From an uncultured bacterium (GTDB lineage: Bacteria > Babelota > Babeliae > Babelales > Babelaceae), in assembly GCA_963848965.1 (NCBI GenBank), contig CAWKFG010000004.1, positions 800,001 through 864,000 on the forward strand: a stretch of 64,000 nucleotides of DNA, written 5' to 3'. The position numbers and the translations under genes are program-made. A model generated the notes under the pieces. It made no database searches. It saw only the letters and a list, made by a program, of their open reading frames with translations, and was not told the origin of the DNA. Positions 29,457 through 38,389 of this stretch are shown in pieces. Position 1 is the first letter of the stretch; every line of letters begins with the position of its first letter.

Positions 29457-30602
29457 TTATTGAACAAAGAGCGGAATATTTTGTACTTGCTCTACAAAGT
29501 CATTTAAGAGAAGAGCAATAGATTTATCATGTATGGAAAGATCAAAGTACCCACTTGCTATGGCACCCTCTTTGCATATATCTTCTAATTCATCTGTAAT
29601 TTCAGGTAACAAAGCAATTACATCCATGATTTCTGAGTGACCAGGCTTCTTGCCGTTTATAGACACATTAATCCCTAAGTTCTGCTTACATTCATCTAAG
29701 ACAAATTGGTTAGTTCCTTCAGCAAGTTGTACAATAGAAACAGTCATTACAAGTATTGCAAGAATTAAGATAACTGTACGAGCTTTTTCTGTAAAAACAA
29801 CAGTTTCTTGTGAGTCTGTATTCGCTTTTATAAGTTGCTCTACTAACACAGTAAGAGCCACTGCACCTACACTCATAAGCGCTTTTTCTAGTAAAGCATC
29901 CTCATTCATTCTCCCAAGTATAGTAACAAAGTCTCCTTGAAAAGAAGCTAAGTCAAAGTCTGAATAAAAATAAATAAGCTTTTTGTAATACAGAGGCTGA
30001 TAACAATCTTCTTTTCTTACAGGACAAGCAAAATGAACAAGCAGCTCAAGAGGTTTTTGTGCCGGAACAATACGCGAAAGATAATTTGCGACATTACATC
30101 CATGACTATGACCAAGAAGTGTTACATTGCCTTTGAGCACTTGCAACATATCCTTTAGATATTTAGCAGCATTCTTTCTTATAGTATCTGCATTAAACCA
30201 GTCAGCTGGCCACTGAAAGGAAAATAACATCAAAGGCCTATTGCGTCGATTTGATGAGATTGCCGCTGCTCTCTGTATATGTCTATAATGTGGATTATGA
30301 AGATCTGTATCATCAAAAAACTTTGGTGTATGCTGACCCCCTGTGCCATGAATAACTATCCATATCTCCAAACTATGATTATCTTCTACTTCAAGCGGCA
30401 CATATAACTGATACTTTCTAATACCTATACCATCTTTAAAGCTAAAAGGAAGCAATCTTTTTGGAAAAGAAGGTTTATCAACCCAGCATGTAGGCTCATG
30501 AACATCGTTTGGTACTAAACTCAGTTCTCCAACAGTAAGCGTAAATTGCCAACTAAGAACCGCGGATAGCAACGAAACAAGAACATATAGTCGAGTATTC
30601 AT
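29457..30602 (-). CDS. Secreted alpha/beta hydrolase-like protein
   Basis: Signal peptide; IHGT oxyanion motif, GHSHG nucleophile elbow, late GHS; two hydrophobic segments. Confidence 0.7.
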   Translation of the reverse strand: MNTRLYVLVSLLSAVLSWQFTLTVGELSLVPNDVHEPTCWVDKPSFPKRLLPFSFKDGIGIRKYQLYVPLEVEDNHSLEIWIVIHGTGGQHTPKFFDDTDLHNPHYRHIQRAAAISSNRRNRPLMLFSFQWPADWFNADTIRKNAAKYLKDMLQVLKGNVTLLGHSHGCNVANYLSRIVPAQKPLELLVHFACPVRKEDCYQPLYYKKLIYFYSDFDLASFQGDFVTILGRMNEDALLEKALMSVGAVALTVLVEQLIKANTDSQETVVFTEKARTVILILAILVMTVSIVQLAEGTNQFVLDECKQNLGINVSINGKKPGHSEIMDVIALLPEITDELEDICKEGAIASGYFDLSIHDKSIALLLNDFVEQVQNIPLFVQ

Positions 30603-30831
30603 AAAAGCCTCCTTGTAAAAGTATGATTTTAAAAGAAGTTAGTCTACTCGAAATGTAAAATATTTTAAAGTGTTTTTTTTAATTTATAAAAATAAAATCT
30701 CAAAATTAGCGATAGATAGCTCATAAAAGATATAAATAGGTAAGAAATTACAACTAGGTCCTTCAATAATAAGAGATGCACATCTCTTCATTATAATTAA
30801 GGCGAGTTTGACATACTAGTTTAGCAAATTA

Positions 30832-32760
30832 TTATTTATCTTGGAGCAATTGCACAATTTCTTGATGCCCTGCTTCTTGAGCAAGCATTAAAGCAGTCTT
30901 ACCTTGTTTATTAGTTAGAGACGTATTAGCTTTCACTTCTAATAGTTTCTGTACAAGACCTGTATGCCCTTTTTGAGCAGCATCCATAAGTACTGTATGT
31001 CCTTGACTATCTTGGTAATCAGTATCTTCTTGCTGTAGTGATATCTCTTGATTCTGCCGTTGTACAAGTTTATCAAGTAAATATTTTTTAAAACAGAATG
31101 GCTTATGTATTTTCCATTCTCTCATTTGACATTCCTTTGAGCAATAACGAACAGCTCTACAGCAATTGCACAGTTGTATGTGCTTACTTTGACAGACATG
31201 ACATTCTTTTTTATCTATATTAAGAGGATAAGAAAGTATAGTATAACCATAAGTATCTTGAGCTCCTGCTTGCAGAAGCAGATCCATTAATGCTACAGCT
31301 CCTTTTTGAGCAACTATAAGAAATGCATCTTTTTTACTGCTTTTTGTTTTTGCTCCTGCACTTAATAATATTTTTGCTATATCAGCATGCCCTCGATATA
31401 AAGCCCTTATTAAAGGGGTATTTCCATTATTGCTTTCTTCATTGACATCTGCACTATGAGCTATAAGCATTTCTACTATATTTTTGTTACCTTCTCTTGC
31501 AGCAACCATTAATGGAGTAATTCCATCTTGATCTTTTATATTTCCTCTAAATCCAGCTTTTATGAGGGCAGTAAGCATTCCTGTATAGTTCTGCTTTACT
31601 AATTCATGTACAAGCTGAGCTGGCAAAATTCCTTTTTGAAAGAGAGTTATAACTGCTTGTGTAAAGATGCAAGCTTGCTGCGGAGTAATAGTTATTTGAG
31701 CTCCTCGTTCTAAAAGCAACGCAATGAGATCACTCTCTAGTTTTGAAACAGCTGCAATGAGAGCTGTATGACCATCTTCAAATTGAGCATTAACATCAGC
31801 ACCTGCATCAAGAAGTAGTAGTATTATCTCTTTAGATCCCTGTAATACAGCATCTCTTACAAGAGTTGTTTTATTCTCGGGATCATTTACTTCTATACCC
31901 GCATCTATAAGCATACGTACTATTTCTTTATGGCCTTTAACTACGGCAAAATAGAGTGCAGTACATTTAGCAGTAGTTTTAGTATTAACATCGGCTCCTT
32001 TTTTAAGTAATACCTGTACCACATTACTATGCCCATAATGTGATGCGAGTATTAAAGCAGTTCTGCCATCTTGCGTAGCAGCATTAATATCTGCTCCTGC
32101 ATATAAAAGAGCACTTGTTGCTTCAGCATGACCATACTCTGCTGCAAATAATAAAGGAGTATAGTTATTAAAATCCTCAACATAATACTGATTTGAGTGA
32201 GGTAAAAGATATTTACAGGTTGCGTTAACATGAGCTCCATGAGCTATAAGCATTTCTATTACCTCTTTATCGCCATTATATGCAGCCCAATGTAATGCTG
32301 TTTTACCAGTGTTTTCCTGATCATTAACTCGTGCTCCTGCATCTAATAAAAGAGCTATAATATCTTTGGAAGACATGAACTTCCGGTATACTTCACCTGC
32401 AGATCCTTTACCTGCTGCCAAAGTTAACGCAGTACAACCATTACTATTTTTACTATGAATATCAACTTTAGCATCAATAAGTAGTTTCACTATCTCTTTG
32501 TAGCCATTTTGTGCTGCTATCATTAAAGCAGTCCATCCATGCTCATCTGTAGCATTAATAGGTGTACTACTTAAACGTATAAGTTGTCGAACTCCGTTTA
32601 CATCCCCTCTTGCAACAGCGCTTAAAAACCTATTTAACGATCGAGAAATATCCTCACGATTTGGCACTTGAGGACTTCTTTTTTCTTTCTCCATACAAGA
32701 GAGAACACCTGAAAAGCAAAAAACGAAAGCTAATAAATAATATACTAGAACATTTTTCAT
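30832..32760 (-). CDS. Secreted ankyrin-repeat protein with MYND zinc finger
   Basis: Many ankyrin repeats; CHVC...CNCC...YCSKECQ...W..HK..C. Confidence 0.9.
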   Translation of the reverse strand: MKNVLVYYLLAFVFCFSGVLSCMEKEKRSPQVPNREDISRSLNRFLSAVARGDVNGVRQLIRLSSTPINATDEHGWTALMIAAQNGYKEIVKLLIDAKVDIHSKNSNGCTALTLAAGKGSAGEVYRKFMSSKDIIALLLDAGARVNDQENTGKTALHWAAYNGDKEVIEMLIAHGAHVNATCKYLLPHSNQYYVEDFNNYTPLLFAAEYGHAEATSALLYAGADINAATQDGRTALILASHYGHSNVVQVLLKKGADVNTKTTAKCTALYFAVVKGHKEIVRMLIDAGIEVNDPENKTTLVRDAVLQGSKEIILLLLDAGADVNAQFEDGHTALIAAVSKLESDLIALLLERGAQITITPQQACIFTQAVITLFQKGILPAQLVHELVKQNYTGMLTALIKAGFRGNIKDQDGITPLMVAAREGNKNIVEMLIAHSADVNEESNNGNTPLIRALYRGHADIAKILLSAGAKTKSSKKDAFLIVAQKGAVALMDLLLQAGAQDTYGYTILSYPLNIDKKECHVCQSKHIQLCNCCRAVRYCSKECQMREWKIHKPFCFKKYLLDKLVQRQNQEISLQQEDTDYQDSQGHTVLMDAAQKGHTGLVQKLLEVKANTSLTNKQGKTALMLAQEAGHQEIVQLLQDK

Positions 32761-32845
32761 AAGAGAGCCTTTATATACCTTTCGCTTCTAAGACATTGCT
32801 TATAGAGCTTACGAAAAAGGCCCTGGAAAAACCAGAGCCTTTTCG

Positions 32846-34528
32846 TTATTTCTTAATACGTGCTTGAGCTTTTATAAGAAGTTTTACTATTTCATCGTGA
32901 GCATTTTCTTGAGCAAGACTAAGAGCAGTTTTTCCACTTTTATCCATTATAAGAATATTCGCTTTCTTTTTAAGAAGTACTGTGACAAGCTCTGTATAGC
33001 CATTCTTTGCAGCCAGCATAAGAACTGTTTGACCTTGTTGATTAATAGGCTCGTTGAGATTGCTATCATGAGCCATTGCTTGATCAATAAGGTACTTTTT
33101 CATGCATGCTCCTTTATGTTTAGACCAATCAACTTTTTGGCAGTTTTGAGAGCAATAGCATATGCTCATGCATCGCTGACATTTTTTTGTAGGAGTCTTA
33201 TTACATATTTTACACGCTTTATTATTAACTTGTGTCTCTTCTTTATCAAACGAGATCTCTAATTCTGCAGGAAGTCCCATAAAAAGCGATAAATAATCAC
33301 CAAGAGGCCCAAGCTTTTCATTCTTTATATTTACACGAATAGATGCCGCTACTGAGGTATCTGAACTGCGTTCAGTATCAATTGTGATCTCTTCACTATT
33401 TTTAAGAAGAATCTCGTATAAGTGTTTACCCCTCTTTTCTTCTCCTCTTAATAATGCAGCGGTCTCGCCAGGAGTAATTAAGGACATTTCTTCAGGAGTT
33501 GAATCGTGCTTGGGCACAAGAAGCTTAACAAGCTCTATATGTCTGCTTCGAAATGCATGCATAAAAGCATTATGGCCCTCATTACATCGCAATGTAAGGC
33601 TAGAATTGTATCTTAACAAGACTTTCACTATCTTTGTGTTTCCCCTTTGAGCAGCTATCATTAAAGCAGTATCACCATTCTTATTTTGCATATCTACATA
33701 CTGATTCTGCTCTTCTAAATCCTTAATTGTTTCTATAAGTATTTTAACTACATCAAGATGCCCATTTTGAGCAGCTAACATTAAAGGGCTCCAGCCTACA
33801 TTATCTACAGCATCAATCTTAGCACCCTTACTTAAAAGAATTTTAACTAATGTTCTATGCCCTGAATCTGCTGCTCGAATTAAAGGCGTAGCTTGCGTTT
33901 CTTCGTCTCGAGCATTAACGTCAGCTCCTTGCTCTATAAGAAGGTTAGCTAATGCTAAATGTCCTTCAAAAGATGCAGCGATTAATGCTCTATTTTTAGC
34001 ACTTTGCTTATCATCGCTATGTTCTACTAATAATCCTACTATAAGTGAGTGACCTTCAGAAGCCGCTAGTTCTATAGCTGTAGCACGATCCTTATTTTTA
34101 AGAGAACTATTTGCTCCTCTTTCAAGCAAATAGTTAACAGCTGTTACATTACCATCAAGTGCAGCAACCATTAAAGGAGTTAATCCTAAAAGCGGCTCTT
34201 TAGCATTAATATCCAAGCCTGCATCAAGGATCCTTTTTATAGTAGCAAAATTCCCTTTAACCATCGCCTCTAAAAGAGAGCCAAGGTCTGGATTAACCTT
34301 CTTGGCTATAATAGCAAACTGTTTTGGTGTCCATTTCACCTGTTTTTCTGATTCTGTCACTATATTATCAAGAGTAATATTAAGTTGTGCAAGTTGTTCA
34401 GACGAAAGCTCGATACTTCCTTCATCAGTTTGTATAGCAATCTTGCAATTCTTTAAATCTGGGATCTTTTCCATTCCATACATTAAAATACTACTAGAGA
34501 GCATTGCTAATAACACATAATAATACAT
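32846..34528 (-). CDS. Secreted ankyrin-repeat protein with MYND zinc finger
   Basis: Ankyrin repeats; CKIC...CQRC...YCSQNCQKVDWSKHKGAC. Confidence 0.9.
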   Translation of the reverse strand: MYYYVLLAMLSSSILMYGMEKIPDLKNCKIAIQTDEGSIELSSEQLAQLNITLDNIVTESEKQVKWTPKQFAIIAKKVNPDLGSLLEAMVKGNFATIKRILDAGLDINAKEPLLGLTPLMVAALDGNVTAVNYLLERGANSSLKNKDRATAIELAASEGHSLIVGLLVEHSDDKQSAKNRALIAASFEGHLALANLLIEQGADVNARDEETQATPLIRAADSGHRTLVKILLSKGAKIDAVDNVGWSPLMLAAQNGHLDVVKILIETIKDLEEQNQYVDMQNKNGDTALMIAAQRGNTKIVKVLLRYNSSLTLRCNEGHNAFMHAFRSRHIELVKLLVPKHDSTPEEMSLITPGETAALLRGEEKRGKHLYEILLKNSEEITIDTERSSDTSVAASIRVNIKNEKLGPLGDYLSLFMGLPAELEISFDKEETQVNNKACKICNKTPTKKCQRCMSICYCSQNCQKVDWSKHKGACMKKYLIDQAMAHDSNLNEPINQQGQTVLMLAAKNGYTELVTVLLKKKANILIMDKSGKTALSLAQENAHDEIVKLLIKAQARIKK

Positions 34529-34933
34529 ACTATTCCTTTCTTATAAGCTATTTTTATATTCTTTACTATACATAATTCTGTCAATTTGTCAAAAATAACT
34601 TCTGCGTATCAGTTATAAGCACTAGTATGATGGCATACACTATGAACAGGCTCTATAGGCACTTTTTATTAAAAAAGGCAGAAAATACTGAGCAAAGCTC
34701 AGCAGTCTATAGGCTAGGGGATGAATGCCCATTTGCACAGGTTGCTAGTAATAGTAGATAAGCTTAACAAACAGATCTAGCATAGTAGACTATGAAAAAA
34801 GCATTTAACTATCGCTTTTATCCTACAAGCCAACAACAGCTTTCTCTATTAAGGTACAGCCCAGAACAAAGACACCCAAATCTTGACTTTTGCTTACTAA
34901 AAATTTCATAATAAACAAAAAAGGGAGTGTGCT

Positions 34934-35980
34934 GTGGCAGAAGGAACGAGCAAACAACCAGAGGTTAATGCAACCTCTACATTATTCCAATTTATATGGA
35001 TTGGTGTTACCTCTGTTGTCCTACTCTTTCTTATCTATCAATCAATTACTGATTTTAAATCGCTTGATGAAATACCAGAATTATTCCCTATAACACCAGC
35101 AAAAGCTGCTGAGTTTGGAGGAACTCCTGCTCATGTAAAGGTTGGATTACAAATAAGTAGTTTTTCTGTGTTTGATATGATTAATAACAACTTTGCCTTA
35201 GCAGGGACTGTCTGGTTTGAATTTGATCCAAGTATGACATCATTAGAAACTATCGGGAAATTCTCTTTTGAAAAGGGAGAAATTAAACTGCTTTCTCCTC
35301 CTAGCACTCGTATCATTGAAGGGCGATTATTTGCACGCTATAACGTCCGAGTTGAACTCAAAACTAACCTTAATCAAAGGCTCTTTCCTTTCACAGGACA
35401 TACACTCTATATAGTACTTGATAATAACTACGTTTCACCTGCAGAGATTACTTTTGAATCTGCTCTTAAAGACTTTGTTCTCTCACGAGGTATTGTTGTA
35501 TCCGGCTGGAAGGAATACGATCGTCATGTTTATACGGGCTATTCTGTTGCCGAATTAGAAAAAAACAATAAAGAAAAAACTATCTATCATCCTCGTGCTA
35601 TGTTCGCTATTGATTTTGGATTTGTAGGTATCAGACAGATACTTACTATTTTACTTCCTCTTATTCTTATTTTCTTTATCTCTGTTTTTTCCTTTGCTCT
35701 TGATCCTAAAGGATATTATACTTCAATTCTTACTATATCTTCAGGCAGTATCACAGGTTTGCTTGCATACCGCTTTGTTATTGAAAATCTCTCTCCTCGA
35801 GTAGGATATTTTATGCTCTCTGATTGGCTTTTTTTCCTTTTTTTAACAATGACATTCGTTATCTTTTTTGCAAATACTAAAACATTAAATCTTCATGTAC
35901 GAAGCAAAGAGTTTATAACAATCGTATTACATGCAATCGTTATAGCAACGGCAGTTTATCTTTTTAACTTTTGGGTTTAA
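34934..35980 (+). CDS. Prokaryotic pentameric ligand-gated ion channel (Pro-loop receptor) homologue
   Basis: VKVGLQI..F..FD.....F...GTVWF beta-strand pattern, RLFPF Pro-loop, M1 ILLP, M2-M3 LSPRVGYF..SD, four C-terminal TM helices, one N-terminal hydrophobic anchor. Confidence 0.82.
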   Translation: MAEGTSKQPEVNATSTLFQFIWIGVTSVVLLFLIYQSITDFKSLDEIPELFPITPAKAAEFGGTPAHVKVGLQISSFSVFDMINNNFALAGTVWFEFDPSMTSLETIGKFSFEKGEIKLLSPPSTRIIEGRLFARYNVRVELKTNLNQRLFPFTGHTLYIVLDNNYVSPAEITFESALKDFVLSRGIVVSGWKEYDRHVYTGYSVAELEKNNKEKTIYHPRAMFAIDFGFVGIRQILTILLPLILIFFISVFSFALDPKGYYTSILTISSGSITGLLAYRFVIENLSPRVGYFMLSDWLFFLFLTMTFVIFFANTKTLNLHVRSKEFITIVLHAIVIATAVYLFNFWV

Positions 35981-35982
35981 AA

Positions 35983-38322
35983 ATGAAAAAACTAGTAAAT
36001 TTTCTGTTTATAGTTCTTCTTTTTTGTTTCTCTACTAGAGCATTCGAGACACTCAAACAAGCAGAAGCCTATGCTCAGCTTAATCCTGAAGTTTCTATTG
36101 CTAAAGAGCAAAACATTTTAAGGCCTGATTATGAAGATTTTTATGTTCAACGAGGACCTTCACTTATTTCTGATATCTTAACACCATTTAAAGATCAGTT
36201 ATGGTCTCCTACCATCTTTAAAGATACACTACAAACAGTTGTACAAGAGCGAGAGCAAAAAGGATATTACGGTAAATTTATTCTTATTAAAACTCCAAAA
36301 CCAGGAACTCAATTTATTGTAATTGGACCGCTCTTTGGAACATTTCACTCACTTGTAAGAAACCTCAAAGAACTTGAAGTTCAAGGGTTTATAAATAATA
36401 ATTTAGAAGTGATTAAGCCAAACTGTTTTATAATTTTCAATGGTAATGTTATAAACGGCGCGCCACACGTTTTAGAGACACTCACACTTGTTCTTTCGCT
36501 TATGGAAAAAAATCCTCATGCCGTTAAGTACATAAGAGGACTCTATGAAAACGAACTATACTGGCAAAATACTACGTTAAAAAGCCAGCTTAAATTACAA
36601 GCACGGCGCCTTTCAAACGAAAATATACCATTTGCACGCCTTCTTACCCGATTTTTTAAGACACTCCCTCTTGGTATATACCTCAATAGTACCAATCCAC
36701 AAGAAGGGCTTTTACGTATCTCTTATTTTTCACTTGAAGATAATGTCTTTCTTGAAAATTCATGTATGAAAGAACTTCTAACCTATCGCCCTTCTATGAC
36801 AGTATGTAGATTAAAAACTGCTGCTAAGTCTGAAGAACGTGCTCCTGTAAGAGCAATTATTAAAGGTGAAAATCGGCTCATAAGCTATGAACAAAATCCA
36901 GGGCTCACTCTTTTGGAGCCTGAGCGTGGAGCAACAGCATGGTCTGTACTTTCAAGTCCTAATAAAATATACAGAGAACATTTTTCATTCTTCTATGACG
37001 CTTTTTCCATCATTACTATAGGGCCTACACTTGCAGACACTACCATTACTCTCTATCACCAGGATGTAAGAGATCTCATTAGTTTTAGAAGAGCAATGAC
37101 CTATAATCTACTTACTGGACAAGCTTTACTAAGACCACTATCAACACAACCTGCATTTGAGATACTTTTTGCTAAAAAAGAAGTTAAAGTCCCTCGTATT
37201 GAAGAGAAAGTTCCAGAAACTCTTCATATTACTGACACTATTAGATTGGGCTCTACCATGGATCTTTCAAAGAGTAACCAGCTTATTGGCAAAAGTATGA
37301 AAGCAGGTATCTCTGCACTTGTTAACAGAGTTAATCAATCTGGAGGCATTAATGGTAAGCTTTATCAAGTTACCATTGTAGATGACCAATATAATCCTAC
37401 ACTTTCACATGCTAACATAGAAAAATTTCTGCATAATAATATTAAGTTCATCTTATGCCCAGTAGGAACACCAACATTATCAGCATCACTCGATCTAATC
37501 AAAGAGAAAAAGATCTTTGTACTCTTTCCTAATAGCGGTTCTCTCATCTTCCGTAAACCAGATCTTACTAATATTGTTCACTTTAGACCTTCTTACGAAA
37601 CTGAAGCAGTTGCGATTACGTACCATATGATAAAGAATTTAGCATCTAAAAGATTTGCTTTCTTTTACCAAAATGATAGTTATGGCAGATCTGCTTTAGA
37701 CGGCGCTCTTAAAGTACTTAAAAAAGAAGGACTTAAAGAATGGATTGACGCTCCATATCTTGCTAATACAGTACAAGTAAATGAAGCAGTAAACGCCATT
37801 AGAAAAGGACTTCCAGATAGCATAGGATTCTTCTCAAACGTTACTCCTACTATAGAGCTTATACGTCAGTTAGGAAGTGAATTCTTAGCAGGCAGGAAAC
37901 TCTTTGCTATTTCTCCTGTAGGAGAACGGTCATTCAAACAGTTCGTAAGATCTTCAGGACTAGAAGTCTCCTTTGCTCAAGTAGTACCAAACCCTGCTAC
38001 AAGTGATCTTCAAATAGTACAAGAATATCGCCAAGAAATAGCAAAACAAGCATTAGCACCTGATACTTACGCACTTGAAGGATATATTGCTGCTTCACTC
38101 ACTGCAAATTATTTCAGAAGAATTAAAGGACCAATTACCTTTGAAGCTCTCTTAAAACTTATAGAAGGCACTAAGAATTACAAATTCAAAGGGCTTACAC
38201 TAAACTTTGATCCTCAAACACGAGCGTTAGCACATTATTTGTGGATTGAACAACCAAATGGTGAATGGGTAGAGCAAAATTTAAATGCTTTAGAGAGTAT
38301 AAATGAAAGCACTACACAATAA
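35983..38322 (+). CDS. Secreted fusion: degenerate PPP/metallophosphoesterase fold plus LIV-type periplasmic binding domain (A)
   Basis: GPLFG, FNGNVING, IRGLYE, FFKTLPL and VLSSPN align with PPP motifs; C-terminal VNQSGGINGK, DDQYNP, YQNDSYG, ALEGY. ATG lies 2 nt after the pLGIC stop. Confidence 0.8.
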   Translation: MKKLVNFLFIVLLFCFSTRAFETLKQAEAYAQLNPEVSIAKEQNILRPDYEDFYVQRGPSLISDILTPFKDQLWSPTIFKDTLQTVVQEREQKGYYGKFILIKTPKPGTQFIVIGPLFGTFHSLVRNLKELEVQGFINNNLEVIKPNCFIIFNGNVINGAPHVLETLTLVLSLMEKNPHAVKYIRGLYENELYWQNTTLKSQLKLQARRLSNENIPFARLLTRFFKTLPLGIYLNSTNPQEGLLRISYFSLEDNVFLENSCMKELLTYRPSMTVCRLKTAAKSEERAPVRAIIKGENRLISYEQNPGLTLLEPERGATAWSVLSSPNKIYREHFSFFYDAFSIITIGPTLADTTITLYHQDVRDLISFRRAMTYNLLTGQALLRPLSTQPAFEILFAKKEVKVPRIEEKVPETLHITDTIRLGSTMDLSKSNQLIGKSMKAGISALVNRVNQSGGINGKLYQVTIVDDQYNPTLSHANIEKFLHNNIKFILCPVGTPTLSASLDLIKEKKIFVLFPNSGSLIFRKPDLTNIVHFRPSYETEAVAITYHMIKNLASKRFAFFYQNDSYGRSALDGALKVLKKEGLKEWIDAPYLANTVQVNEAVNAIRKGLPDSIGFFSNVTPTIELIRQLGSEFLAGRKLFAISPVGERSFKQFVRSSGLEVSFAQVVPNPATSDLQIVQEYRQEIAKQALAPDTYALEGYIAASLTANYFRRIKGPITFEALLKLIEGTKNYKFKGLTLNFDPQTRALAHYLWIEQPNGEWVEQNLNALESINESTTQ

Positions 38323-38345
38323 AGTAGAATACTTCTACTTTATTG
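38317..38345 (+). terminator. Intergenic hairpin
   Basis: CAATAAAGTAGAA-tac-TTCTACTTTATTG. Confidence 0.6.
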
Positions 38346-38389
38346 ATTAAAGCACATTAAGATGTTTAATTAAGCAGAGGAAATGAGAT

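Noticed and set aside
34600..34900. Possible riboswitch upstream of the pLGIC gene (CTGAGC-aaa-GCTCAG hairpin)
   Set aside because: A single small hairpin with no recognisable aptamer motif
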